Source: an uncultured Candidatus Rokubacteria bacterium (GTDB lineage Bacteria > Methylomirabilota > Methylomirabilia > Rokubacteriales > DASRDR01). From it: 64,000 nt of DNA. Positions within the stretch are counted from its first letter, which is position 1, and every line of letters starts with the position of its first letter. Both the position numbers and the translations under genes were made by a program. Below are positions 19,842 to 30,788 of this stretch, one piece after another. The notes beneath the pieces are model-generated. The model was given only the letters and a program-made list of their open reading frames with translations. It was not told where the DNA came from and searched no databases. The stretch is taken from positions 32,001 through 96,000 of the forward strand of contig CAVPSB010000019.1 in the NCBI GenBank assembly GCA_963708025.1. Reading direction: 5' to 3'.

Positions 19842-20020
19842 GTGGTCCCGTCGTTCCCGCCGTCCCTCGACCGCTACCAGGGCGAGTCGGGCCTGTCGCT
19901 GTGGGGTGTCCTGGCGCACCGCGTCCGCGTCGAGGGTCGCGACGGTGCTGTTCGCCCTCGCCATCCTCCACACCTTCGCGGCCTCCCGCTTCACGGCGTG
20001 GTCGCATCGTCTCCGGGAGG
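19842..20020 (+). pseudogene. N-terminal fragment of a putative Na+/H+ antiporter (DUF1504-like)
   Basis: FPPSLDRY...VLAHRVRVE, then VATVLFALAILHTFAA after a frameshift; family recognised from memory. Confidence 0.55.
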
Positions 20021-20027
20021 CGAGCGA

Positions 20028-21637
20028 GTCGCTCAGGAACTCCGCGGGGTCGAGCATGCGGGCCAGGACCCCGCGGAGCTTCCGCTCGTCCAGGATGGTG
20101 GTCATGTACCGGCCCTTCACCCCCTGGCCCGGCCGGTGGACGGTGGCGAAGACGCCCGCCCGGCGCTCCAGGAAGTCCAGCACCCGCGCGGCGAAGTGAG
20201 GCAGCCGGCGCGCCACCTCCGGGGAGTAGACCCTGACGGCGCAGAGCGGCAGGAGCCCCACCATGGAGCGGACCTTGAGCCGGGTGGACTTGCCGTCGGG
20301 AAGGCGGAGGACGTCGTAGAAGAAGCCATTCTCCTCGTCCCACATCCCGTCGTCGCCGACGCGGCCCATGGCCGAGGCGATCCACACGAAGTGCTCGTAG
20401 AACTTCACGGCGAGGGACTCGTAGGCGGGGTCCTCCAGCGCCAGCTCCAGCGCGATCTCCAGCATGTTCTGGGCGAAGAGCGCCATCCAGGCCGTCCCGT
20501 CCGCCTGGTCGAGGTAGCCGCCGGTGGGCAGCGGCGCGCTCCGGTCGAAGACGCCGATGTTGTCGAGGCCGAGGAAGCCGCCCTCGAAGACGTTCCGGCC
20601 CGTGCGGTCCTTCCGGTTCACCCACCACGTGAAGTTCAGCAGGAGCTTCTGGAACATCTCCGCGAGCCGCTGGCGCGCCCGCGGGTCGCGGGTCATCTTG
20701 TAGTTGAACAGGGTCGCCCACGCGTGGACCGGCGGGTTCACGTCCCCGAAGTTCCACTCGTAGGCGGGGATCTGGCCGTTGGGGTGGAGGTAGCGCTCCT
20801 CGAGCATCAGCCCCAGCTGCTCCGCCGCGAAGTCGGGGTCCACCAGCGTGAGGGCGAGCGTGTGGAACGCCAGGTCCCAGGCCGCGAACCAGGGATACTC
20901 CCACTTGTCCGGCATGGAGATGACGTCCTCGGTCGCCATGTGGAACCAATGGCTGTTCCGGACCGAGGGCGCGGAGCCGGCCAGCGGATCGGCGCCGCGC
21001 TCCATGAGCCAGTGGTAGACGTCGAAGATGAACGTCTGCTTGGACCACAGCATGCCCGCGTAGCCCTGACGCAGCACGCGGGCGGGGTCGGCGTCGGCCG
21101 AGGGCGGGGTCAACGCCGCGTAGAACTCGTCGGCCTCGCGGCGGCGGGCGGCGAACGCGTCCTCGAAGGCGGCGCCGAACGGCTCGCCGAGCGCCGCCGG
21201 CGGGCGGTCGGTCAGCCGGAGGCGCACGACGGCGGTCCCGCCCGGCGGCATCGCCAGCGCGTAGTGGATCGCGCACTTCGTCCCCGGCCCCTCGGGATTG
21301 ACCGCCTCGCGGCGGCCGTGCACCACGTAGTCGTCGATCCCGTCCTTGACGGACCGGGTCGAGCTGGGCTGGCCGAACAGCCGCGGGGCGTTCGTCTCGT
21401 TCTCGGTGAAGAGCACGGCCCCGGCGTCCTCGCAGTAGAGGTAGCGCTCGCCCAGCTTGGCGTGGCGGGCCACGACGACCGGCGAGGGGCCCTGGCCGCC
21501 GAGGAGCGCCAGCACCGGCCGCGGGGCCTCGGGCGACTTCCACCAGGTGTTGCGGAGCCAGAGGTGCGGCAGCACGTGGAGCGGTCCGACATCGGGGCCC
21601 CGGTTGGCGACGCTGATGCGGATCAGCAGGTCCGGCC
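20028..21637 (-). pseudogene. MGH1-like (GH63-related) glucosidase, truncated at both ends
   Basis: SMPDKWEYPWFAAWDLAFH, HPNGQIPAYEWNFGDVNPPVHAW, GGFLGLDNIGVFDRS. Confidence 0.88.
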
Positions 21638-21653
21638 CGAAAGGAGAGATCCG

Positions 21654-22343
21654 ATGAAGGCGTTTCTCGCACTGGCGGCAGTGATGCTCTTGCTCGGGGC
21701 GGGCTGCGCCACCACGGTGCGGCAAACGGCGGAGCAATCGCCGATCATCTGTGGATTCCTGGGGGCGAATCTGTGTGCCGAGCTCAAGCCGGGCGCGAAG
21801 GAGGAAGCAGGCCTGCGCTACGTGAATCCGAAGGGCATGTTCGCCCAGTACGACAAGGTGATGATCGTCGTGGTTGGCTTCTTCGGTGGCGATCCGGCCA
21901 AGGTGCCGCCCAAGGACGAGCAGCAGCTCACGGACCTCTTCTACAAGAATCTCCACGAGGCGCTGGCCAAGCGGTACCAGGTGGTGGACGAGGTCGGTCC
22001 CGGAGTGATGAAGGTCGAGGTCGCGCTCCTCGATGCCGAGGCGGCGACGCCGGGGGTGCGCTCGCTCACGATGGTGGTTCCCCAGCTGCGGGTGCTCAGC
22101 ACCGGCTACGCCCTCGTGGCAGGAAGTTACCCGTTCTCGGGGGGAGGTCAGGCCGCCGCCAGGATCTCGGACTCGATGACCGAGCAGGTCCTCGGACTCG
22201 CCGTGGATCGCCGGGCCGGGGGTGGGGCGATCCAGACCGCTGCCCAGTGGCGGTGGGGAGACGCCGAGAACGCGATCAAGGTCTGGTCCTCGCTGCTCGC
22301 CGACGGAATGTATGCGTACACCTCGGGCGCGAGGAAGCCTTGA
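21654..22343 (+). CDS. DUF3313-like lipoprotein
   Basis: AAGGAG RBS; lipobox LGAGC; GFLG...[14 protein letters not shown]. Confidence 0.75.
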   Translation: MKAFLALAAVMLLLGAGCATTVRQTAEQSPIICGFLGANLCAELKPGAKEEAGLRYVNPKGMFAQYDKVMIVVVGFFGGDPAKVPPKDEQQLTDLFYKNLHEALAKRYQVVDEVGPGVMKVEVALLDAEAATPGVRSLTMVVPQLRVLSTGYALVAGSYPFSGGGQAAARISDSMTEQVLGLAVDRRAGGGAIQTAAQWRWGDAENAIKVWSSLLADGMYAYTSGARKP

Positions 22344-22526
22344 CGAATGCGGTTCTCCCGGAGAGGATTCTCACGACGCATAGAGACGGGCCATCGACGC
22401 TCCAACACCATCGAGTGCACCGCCGCGGCTTCCCCGAGATCAGTGGCCTCGCGACGGCCACCACGATTCTGGGTGTAGCCCCGCCGTTCCGCGAGGTCTC
22501 GGACGTGCTCGTCGAGCATCGCCGGG

Positions 22527-22922
22527 TCAGCGCAGGCGATGGATGCCCGGTACGCCGTCGAAGCCGGCGTCGAAGCTCAGGATCCGGGCGATGCCGTGGC
22601 GCTCCATGACCGCAACGTGGAGGGCGTCGCGCGCAGACAGCTGCCGTTTGCCCAGGACGATCGCTTTGGCTCGCTCCACGATGGCCAGGCTCGACCGGGA
22701 GCACCTCGTCGACCACACCGAGGAGGGCGTCGAAGGCGGGCTGGATCGCGTCTCGGCGGTCGATCGCGACATAGCGGTGCAGGATCTCTGTAGCACCTCG
22801 GCGTCGGTGACGAGGCGCTCGCGCTCGGTGATGCAGCGCTCGAGCAGTCGCTGGGCGTCCGCCTTGTGCGCATGCGTCGCGCCCACGAGGTACATGGGGA
22901 TGTTCGAGTCGACGAGGATCAC
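22527..22922 (-). CDS. vapC: VapC PIN-domain toxin with two compensating frameshifts
   Basis: [48 protein letters not shown]. Confidence 0.82.
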   Translation of the reverse strand: MILVDSNIPMYLVGATHAHKADAQRLLERCITERERLVTDAEVLQRSCTAMSRSTAETRSSPPSTPSSVWSTRCSRSSLAIVERAKAIVLGKRQLSARDALHVAVMERHGIARILSFDAGFDGVPGIHRLR

Positions 22923-23175
22923 CCGCGGGGCTCGGCGACGTAGCCGCGCTCGATGTCGGTGAGAATCTGCTGGATATCCTCCGATGGGAAGGCATGGCGG
23001 GCGGCGGCCCGGACAGACCGCGATCTTCGTGCCGAGATCGCCGACGGGCTCCGCCGGCGCGCGGCTCGCAGCGCCTGACGGACCCATTCGGCCACGGTCA
23101 TGCGCTGGGCGCGGGCTGCGCGCTGGATCCCCGGAGCTCGGCGTCGTCCAGGAGTACCTGCAGGCGCCTGCTCAT
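22919..23175 (-). CDS. RHH-type antitoxin, frameshifted
   Basis: [13 protein letters not shown].../[12 protein letters not shown].../[17 protein letters not shown]; overlaps toxin start. Confidence 0.75.
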
Positions 23176-23210
23176 GTGCTGAGCATAAGTGACTCGATCG
23201 AGATGAGTCA
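23169..23210. promoter_or_regulatory. Probable TA autorepression operators
   Basis: TGCTCA-N5-TGAGCA across the antitoxin ATG; TGACTC-N9-GAGTCA upstream. Confidence 0.45.
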
Positions 23211-23255
23211 ACCGACCTGAGCACCGAGCCACCGGCGGTTGCGCAGGTCATTGGT

Positions 23256-23407
23256 CGCAGGCGTACTCCGAGTACGCCGAGGATCGGCGACGACCGAGGA
23301 CGACCATAGGTCGGGACGGACGCCCCCAGGCCGAAGGCCGTCCGATCGACGTAGGCCGAGCGCGTCCCGGCCGCGATGAACGATGCGACGCTCATCGGCC
23401 CTGCCCC
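23256..23407 (-). repeat. Repeat family A, partial copy with internal insertion
   Basis: CGCAGGCGTACTCCGAGTACGCCGAGGATCGGCGACGACCGAGGACGAC...CGATGCGACGCTCATCGGCCC. Confidence 0.85.
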
Positions 23408-25093
23408 CTACCGCATGGTGCGGAGGATCGCGGCCCGGGCCTGGGCGTCCTGCGCCTCGGTCGTCTTGCCCTCCGCCCGGTAGACGCGGGCCAGGTTCTC
23501 GAGAAGGTCGGCCGTGCTCGGATGGTTCTTCGGGAGCTGGACCTCGGGGCTATCGTAGATGGTGAGCGCGCGGCGAAGCAGTCCTTCGGCCTCCGCGTGC
23601 TTGCCCTGGGCGTCGCGGAGGAGCGCCAGGTTCGTGAGGCTCAGCGCAAGGTCCGGGTGGTCGGCGCGGAGGGCCCGCGTCCGGATATCGAGGGCGCGTC
23701 GATAGAGCGGCTCGGCGTCCGCGTACCGCCCCTGCGCCCGGTACACCTCGGCCAGGTCGTTGAGGCTGGTGGCGAGATCGGGGTGGTTCGGCCCCAGCGC
23801 TTGCTCCTGTTTCTGGAGCGTCCAGCGCGCCAGGGGCGCGGCCTCGTCGTACCGGCCCTGCGCCCGGAAGAGGGCGGCCAGGAGGCCGAGCGTCGCGGCC
23901 GACTCCGGGTGGTCGGGGCCCAGCGCCTTTTCACGGATGGTGAGCGCGCGACGAAAGCGCGACTCGGCGTCGGCGTACCGCCCCTGGTCCTCGGCCAGGA
24001 GGCCCATCCCGACCAGGCTGTCGGCGACCACCGGATGCTCGGGCCCGACCGCCCGCTCGCCGAGGGTCAGCGCGGTGCGGCCGAGCGGCTCGGCGTCGCT
24101 GTAGCGCGCCAGGATGCGGTAGACCTCGACGAGGTTGTTCAGGACCCGGACCAGGTCCGGGTGATCTGGACCGAGCGCTCGCTTCGCGACCGCGAGCGAC
24201 TGCTCGGCCTCCGACTCGGCCTCGGAATACCGGCCGTGCAGCCGGTGGATCAGGGCGCGCTCGTTGAGGCTCCGGGCCGTGTCGGGGTGGTCCGGACCGA
24301 GGCTCTTGCGACGGATCGCGAGCGTGCGCTCGGCGAGCCGCTCCGCCTCGGCCCACCGGCCGGTCAGGCGCTCCAGCCGGGCGAGCGTCTCGGTGCTGGC
24401 CGCGATGTCCGGGTGCTCCGGAGCCAGCAGTCGCTCCCGGATCGTCAACCCACGGCGAGCCAGCGGCTCGGCTTCCGCGTACCGGCCCTGGCTGTCCAGG
24501 ATGTCCGCCCGCACGTTCAGCGTGTGGGCGAGGAGCTCGTCGTCGGAGGGAGGTGCCTTCTCCCGGATCGCGAGGGTCCGCCGGGACAGCGCCTCGGCCT
24601 CGCCGTAACGTCCGATCGCCTGCTGGAGCAGGGCCAGCTCGTCCAGCGGCTCGGCGAGGGAGGGATGGCCGATCCCGAGCGCCTGCTCGCGCAACCGCAG
24701 GGCCCGCTCGAGCAAGGGGCGCGCCGCGGCGTAGTTGCCAGCCAGCCGCAGCAGGCCCGCCTCGATCGTGAGGCTCGTCGCGATATCGGGATGCTGCACG
24801 CCCAGCGTCCCTTCCTGGAGCGTCACGGCCTCCTTCGCCTTGGCGATGCCCGCCGCGTATTGACCGTCGCGACCCAGTTGCCGGGCCGCGCCGTTCAGCT
24901 CCCTGGCTCGCTGGGCCGCAGCGGGCGCTTGCGCCGCCAGCGGCGCCGGCAGGGCCAGGGCCAGGGCGAGAACCGCGAGAGCCGAGAGAAGTGAGAGCCT
25001 GTGCAGTGACCGGTAGGTCCGAACTGCGGTCAGGCGAGGCCGCCGGCGCGACCGATCACCGGGCGGGGGGGAAGGGTGAACCGGGGGTCCCAC
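23408..25093 (-). CDS. Secreted tetratricopeptide-repeat protein (kinesin-light-chain-type repeats); start uncertain
   Basis: Signal-like LLSALAVLALALALPAPLAA, then many LGPxHPxxAxSLNxLA...QGRYxEAEPL repeats. Confidence 0.85.
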   Translation of the reverse strand: MGPPVHPSPPPGDRSRRRPRLTAVRTYRSLHRLSLLSALAVLALALALPAPLAAQAPAAAQRARELNGAARQLGRDGQYAAGIAKAKEAVTLQEGTLGVQHPDIATSLTIEAGLLRLAGNYAAARPLLERALRLREQALGIGHPSLAEPLDELALLQQAIGRYGEAEALSRRTLAIREKAPPSDDELLAHTLNVRADILDSQGRYAEAEPLARRGLTIRERLLAPEHPDIAASTETLARLERLTGRWAEAERLAERTLAIRRKSLGPDHPDTARSLNERALIHRLHGRYSEAESEAEQSLAVAKRALGPDHPDLVRVLNNLVEVYRILARYSDAEPLGRTALTLGERAVGPEHPVVADSLVGMGLLAEDQGRYADAESRFRRALTIREKALGPDHPESAATLGLLAALFRAQGRYDEAAPLARWTLQKQEQALGPNHPDLATSLNDLAEVYRAQGRYADAEPLYRRALDIRTRALRADHPDLALSLTNLALLRDAQGKHAEAEGLLRRALTIYDSPEVQLPKNHPSTADLLENLARVYRAEGKTTEAQDAQARAAILRTMR

Positions 25094-25121
25094 GGTGTTC
25101 CGGGCGCCGGCTCGGGGTCGA

Positions 25122-25793
25122 CTACTTGTTGAGGAGCGTCGCCGTCCAACCGATGCTGGCGGCGACATCGGCCGCCTCGGGTGCGCTGCAGGGCTTACCA
25201 CGGACCGCGAAGCTCCGCTTGGAGGCGCCGACGGCGCAGGTGCCGAATGGTGTCAGGAGGTCGGCGCTGCCTTGCACGGTGCTCACCACGGCCCGACCAT
25301 CATCGGCGAGGCGCACGCTGACCTCTCCGTCCTGCACAGCGGCCGTTCCCACCGACACCTCGACCTCGGAGCTCCGTGCCCCCGTGAGCATGCGGGGGCC
25401 GCGGCGACCCGTCTTCAGCCACACCTCGCCCGTCTCGAGCCGGATGATTCGCGTGTCGCCCTGCTTCTCGGTCCACCGCGACAGCAACCGGAGCGTCGTC
25501 CGCTCGTTCAGCGCGAGCCGGGTGCCATCCTTGAACTCGATCATGGCCCCGCCACGGGGGGCGGTCTTGAGCAGGTCCTTCTCGAAGAGCGGGAGCGCGC
25601 CCCGACCGTCGAGCCGCTCCTCGATTCCGTCGGCCCGGATGACGACCAGCAGGACGGCGTTCTCGACGGTCCCGATGGTGGGGTTCTGGGCGTCCAAGCG
25701 CTCCGGGTGGATCCCGACGCCCAGGGCGCCGGCCAGCACCAGGGCGATCCCGAACCGCAACACGTGACCGCCGAACCGGATGCTCGACATCAC
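25122..25793 (-). CDS. FecR-domain secreted protein
   Basis: N-terminal hydrophobic segment; LFEKDLLKT...IEFKDGTRLALNERT...IRLETGEVW. Confidence 0.7.
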   Translation of the reverse strand: MMSSIRFGGHVLRFGIALVLAGALGVGIHPERLDAQNPTIGTVENAVLLVVIRADGIEERLDGRGALPLFEKDLLKTAPRGGAMIEFKDGTRLALNERTTLRLLSRWTEKQGDTRIIRLETGEVWLKTGRRGPRMLTGARSSEVEVSVGTAAVQDGEVSVRLADDGRAVVSTVQGSADLLTPFGTCAVGASKRSFAVRGKPCSAPEAADVAASIGWTATLLNK

Positions 25794-25799
25794 CCCCCC

Positions 25800-26813
25800 C
25801 TAGCGGCTCACCACGACCCGGATCGGCTTGCGTCCCACCGGCACCGTCGCCACCACCTGGCTGGACCCGGTATCGACGACGCGCAGATCGTTCGACGTCT
25901 CGTGGACGACGTAGACTCGCGTCCCCTCCGGGTTCGCCCAGATGCCGTTCGGTCGCTCGCCGACGTCGATCCGCTCCAGGAACCGCGGGTTCCGGGGATC
26001 GCCGGCGATGACGAGCACCTTGTTCAGGCCGGCCAGCGTCACGTAGGCGTTGGGCCCCTGAAGCCCCTTGAACCCGAAGGCGATCTGCTGGGGCGCCGGG
26101 CCGACCTCGATGGTCGCGATCTTCTCCTGGGTGGCGGGATCGATCACGTAGATGTCGCTGTCCCCGGTGTTGCTCCCCCAGATGAGGCCGTCGGGGCCGA
26201 GGATGAGGAAGTGCGGATTGTTCCCGACCGGGATCGTCTTGATGACGGCCAGCGTGCTGGTGTCCACCACCGCGACCATCTTGTCGCCCTGGTTGGAGAC
26301 GTAGGCGAAGCGACCGTCCCGGCTGAAGGCGAGCCCGGTCGGCCCTTTCCCGGTCGGGATGGTACCGAGGATCTGGAAGGTCGCCGTGTCCACGATCGAC
26401 ACGTTGTCGTCGGCGATGTTCGCGACCCAGGCCCGGTGGTTGTCGTTGGTCAGCGTCACGACGTGGCAGCGGCCGCCGGTGGGGATCGAGGCGATCGTCT
26501 CGAGCCGCGTGGTGTCGATGACCGAGAGGTTGCCCGAGCCGAGATTCGTGGCGAAGAGCCACTTCCCGTCGCGGCTGAGGGACAGGTCGTGCGTGGACTG
26601 GTTCCGGGCGTCGACGGTCCCGACCACCTTGTAGGTGGCGGCGTCGATGACCGTCACGTTGTTGGAGCTCTCGTTGGCCACGTAGATCCGGGCGCCGGGA
26701 CGCGAGCTCTGCGCGGATTCCATCGGGGCACAGGCCACGACCAGACCGGCCACCAGGGCGGTCAAGGCCAGTCCGAAGGCCGGCGGGCAGGAACGGCGGT
26801 GCTGTCCGGTCAT
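25800..26813 (-). CDS. YncE/YVTN beta-propeller lipoprotein
   Basis: Lipobox LVVAC; YVANESSNNVTVID, IPTGKGPTGLAFSRDG repeats. Confidence 0.88.
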   Translation of the reverse strand: MTGQHRRSCPPAFGLALTALVAGLVVACAPMESAQSSRPGARIYVANESSNNVTVIDAATYKVVGTVDARNQSTHDLSLSRDGKWLFATNLGSGNLSVIDTTRLETIASIPTGGRCHVVTLTNDNHRAWVANIADDNVSIVDTATFQILGTIPTGKGPTGLAFSRDGRFAYVSNQGDKMVAVVDTSTLAVIKTIPVGNNPHFLILGPDGLIWGSNTGDSDIYVIDPATQEKIATIEVGPAPQQIAFGFKGLQGPNAYVTLAGLNKVLVIAGDPRNPRFLERIDVGERPNGIWANPEGTRVYVVHETSNDLRVVDTGSSQVVATVPVGRKPIRVVVSR

Positions 26814-26914
26814 GGCTCCCCCTTTGGACCGGGCGACGCCTCGGTGGTGGGATTCTAGCGCCAGGGAACCCTGGGGACCAAGCCTTTTCCCGGCAAGTAC
26901 TCGGCGCCCGGCGT

Positions 26915-27934
26915 CTACTGGAAGATCTCGTTGAAGCGGGCCTTCAGGCTCCCCGCCTCCTTCTCCACGTAGTCGTAATCGACCGGTATCAGCTTGAGCG
27001 AGGCGAGCGGCGGGTTTCCGGGCGGCGGCTCGACGTCGGCGCGGGCGGCGTAGATCCCCTCGGTCGGGAAGAGCTTCTGCACGGTGTCCCCGATCATGAA
27101 CTCGGCGAACGCCTTGGCGGCGTTGGGGTGGGGCGAGCCCTTGATCACCGACGTCGGGGCGGCGATGGCGAAGGCCCCGTCGGCCGGGAACAGCGTCTGG
27201 ACCTTGTGCCCCGCCTGCCGATCCTCCCAGGTGTAGGTGTCGGCGCCCTCGGCGGCCACCAGCCGCTCGCCGCGCTTGAGGGCGTCGGCGACCTGCTGGT
27301 GCCCCTGGACGATCATGATGTCGTTGGCCCGGAGCTTCCGGTAGAAGTCCCAGCCGTACTTCTGGGACAGCGTCGCGACCACCATGAGCTGGATCGCCGT
27401 GAAGGACGGGTCGGGCATCACCATCTGCCCCTTGTACCGAGGGTCGGTGAGGTCGGTCCAGTTCTTCGGCAGCTCCACGCCCTTGTCCGTCCGGACCACG
27501 ATCCCGACCAGGTTCAGCCGCTGAGCGATGTGCCGGCCCTGGGGGTCCTTCACCGCGGAGGGAACCTTGTCGAAGTGCTTTGGCCGGAACGGGACCAGGA
27601 GGTCCTTCTTGATCATGGCGCTGGCCGCCGCCGGGTCGGAGATGGTCAGGACGTCGGCGACGAAGCGCCGGGCGTCCACCTCCTGCATGAACCGGCGAAG
27701 CACCGCCGAGCCGCCCGACCGGAACAGCTCCACCTTGATCCCGGTCTCGGCCTGGAACAGGTTGGCGATCTTCTGGGCGGTGGCGACCGGCGTCGACGTG
27801 TACCAGGTGACGGCCCCCTCCCGCTTGGCCCCGGCCAGATCCACCGGATCGGGGGTGAAGTCGGCGGCTCCCGCGACGAGGGCGAGCGGGCCGACGAGGA
27901 GCACGACGAGCAGCAGGGTCCGAACCGTGCGCAT
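26915..27934 (-). CDS. ABC substrate-binding protein (Fe3+/thiamine/polyamine type)
   Basis: GAKREGAVTWYTS, PKNWTDLTDPRYKG, PHPNAAKAF. Confidence 0.9.
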   Translation of the reverse strand: MRTVRTLLLVVLLVGPLALVAGAADFTPDPVDLAGAKREGAVTWYTSTPVATAQKIANLFQAETGIKVELFRSGGSAVLRRFMQEVDARRFVADVLTISDPAAASAMIKKDLLVPFRPKHFDKVPSAVKDPQGRHIAQRLNLVGIVVRTDKGVELPKNWTDLTDPRYKGQMVMPDPSFTAIQLMVVATLSQKYGWDFYRKLRANDIMIVQGHQQVADALKRGERLVAAEGADTYTWEDRQAGHKVQTLFPADGAFAIAAPTSVIKGSPHPNAAKAFAEFMIGDTVQKLFPTEGIYAARADVEPPPGNPPLASLKLIPVDYDYVEKEAGSLKARFNEIFQ

Positions 27935-27943
27935 GGGGGCCTC

Positions 27944-28858
27944 CTATCCGCGATAGATCGGCGCCGGCTGGCTGAAGAACGCCTCGAGGATGTGGTGGGC
28001 CAGCCGGTAGTTCGTCTGGTGAAAGCTGGCGTGGGCGATCCCCGGCATGACCGCGAACTGCTTGTCCGGGTTCGGGAGGCGGGCGAAGAACTCCAGGAGA
28101 TCCTCGAACCCGGCGATGCCGTCGTACTGCCCACGCATGATGATCGTGGGCACGGTGATCCGCTCCGGGTCCACGACCGGCAGGTTCGCGCACATGTCCA
28201 CGTAGGTCCCGGTGGGGACGGAGTCGTCGAGCGCCAGGATGGCGTCGGCGAAGGCCTCGATGGTCGCGTCGTCGGCGGTGCCCGGGTGGTCGCGGGTGAA
28301 GATGCTCCGGACGAAGGCGCGGTCGATCGGCCGGCGGTTCCTGGCCCGGAACTCGGGCAGGCGCTTCCGCCGCGCCTCCAGCGTCGGGCTGCCCCGGCCG
28401 GTCCAGACGAAGGCGTCCAGGGCGAGCCGCTTCACCCGCTCGGGGTGGCGCTGGGCGAAGAGCGCGGCCCGCAGGGCCCCCGATGAGATCCCGTACATGA
28501 GCACGGCGTCGACGCCCCGGGTGTGGCGGATGTAGGCGGTGGCGGCGACCAGGTCGTCGGCGCCGGTGGCGATGTCGGCGTTGATGTCGCGGGTCTTGTC
28601 GGAGCGGCCGTAGCCTTCGTGATCCACGCACCAGGTGTCGTAGCCCAGCCGGGCGAAGTAGTCCATCACCGACGAGTCGGGCCGGCCCGGCACCTGGAGA
28701 TCGAACGTCGGCTGGGAGGCCATCGAGGAGCCGTGGACGAAGACGATCGTCCCCAGCTGTCCCTCGGGCGTGCCCGCGAACTTCTCCCACAGGAAGAGCC
28801 GGAGGCCGTCCTTGTGGGTCCAGTGCTCCTGGCCGGTGATGCGGGGTTCCGCCGTCAT
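27944..28858 (-). CDS. Alpha/beta hydrolase
   Basis: FVHGSS, DHEGYGRS, YGISSGA nucleophile elbow; GAGGAG RBS. Confidence 0.88.
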   Translation of the reverse strand: MTAEPRITGQEHWTHKDGLRLFLWEKFAGTPEGQLGTIVFVHGSSMASQPTFDLQVPGRPDSSVMDYFARLGYDTWCVDHEGYGRSDKTRDINADIATGADDLVAATAYIRHTRGVDAVLMYGISSGALRAALFAQRHPERVKRLALDAFVWTGRGSPTLEARRKRLPEFRARNRRPIDRAFVRSIFTRDHPGTADDATIEAFADAILALDDSVPTGTYVDMCANLPVVDPERITVPTIIMRGQYDGIAGFEDLLEFFARLPNPDKQFAVMPGIAHASFHQTNYRLAHHILEAFFSQPAPIYRG

Positions 28859-28890
28859 GAGGCTGTCCTCCTCTGTGAGAGATGCCGCGC

Positions 28891-29667
28891 TCACCCGCCG
28901 GTCCGGAGCTGCTCGCGGAAGAGCACGGCGAGGGTCAGGCTGACCGAGTCGATGGTGGCATGGGCCAGGATCGCTGGCCAGAGGGTCCCCGCTCGCACGA
29001 CCACCAGGCCCAGCGCGAGGCCGATCGCCGCCGTCTGGGCCACGCCGGCGAGTCCCTGCTGGTAGTGCGCGGCGCCGAAGATCACGCTGCTCACCGCGAC
29101 CGGGGCCAGGCTGCCGCGGGACAGGGCCATGAGCCGCGAGAGCAGGAAGCCGCGGATGAAGACCTCCTCGTACAGGCCGACGAAGAGTGACATCGGGATC
29201 ACCAGCCCCAGAGGGATGGTGCCGACGGCCTGGAGCAGCTGCTGCTTCTGCCGGGCCAGCCCCTCGAGGTCCCCGCCGGTGACGGCGACGACCAGGATCG
29301 AGCTCACGATGCCGAACAGATAGCACAGCAGCACCGCGCCCCCGGCGGCCAGGGCGACGCGCCCGACCGGCGCCCGCCCCAGCCCGATGCTGGCCAGGGT
29401 CTGACCGCGGCGCCGCAGCAGGAGAAGGACGGCCGCCAGGATCAGGAGGCCACTGGCCACTGGCCACAGATACCACCCGCCGGGGACGCTCGCGCGCCGC
29501 CCGCGCAACAGCGGGGCGAGCACGAAAGGCAGCGCCAGCAGGGCGGCCAGCACCAGGATCGCGAGGGCGGCGTCGGCGGCGGCGGCCGCCCGGTCCATCG
29601 GCACCCGGGGAAAGCCGGCCTCGGCTGGCGAGTCGGCGCCGGGGGCGGGGTCGTCCATGGCCGCCAT
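28891..29667 (-). CDS. CPBP (Abi/CAAX) intramembrane glutamic endopeptidase
   Basis: EEVFIRG, FGAAH, AILAHATID. Confidence 0.9.
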   Translation of the reverse strand: MAAMDDPAPGADSPAEAGFPRVPMDRAAAAADAALAILVLAALLALPFVLAPLLRGRRASVPGGWYLWPVASGLLILAAVLLLLRRRGQTLASIGLGRAPVGRVALAAGGAVLLCYLFGIVSSILVVAVTGGDLEGLARQKQQLLQAVGTIPLGLVIPMSLFVGLYEEVFIRGFLLSRLMALSRGSLAPVAVSSVIFGAAHYQQGLAGVAQTAAIGLALGLVVVRAGTLWPAILAHATIDSVSLTLAVLFREQLRTGG

Positions 29668-29688
29668 TATCGCCCGGCGCGCGGGAGC

Positions 29689-30777
<1,089 letters not shown>

Positions 30778-30788
30778 CTACTGGCCCA

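Noticed and set aside
22344-22526. Possible ncRNA or small gene between DUF3313 and vapC
   Set aside because: No convincing structure or coding signal
23408-24900. Tandem ~126-bp DNA periodicity as an array
   Set aside because: Explained by 42-aa TPR coding repeats
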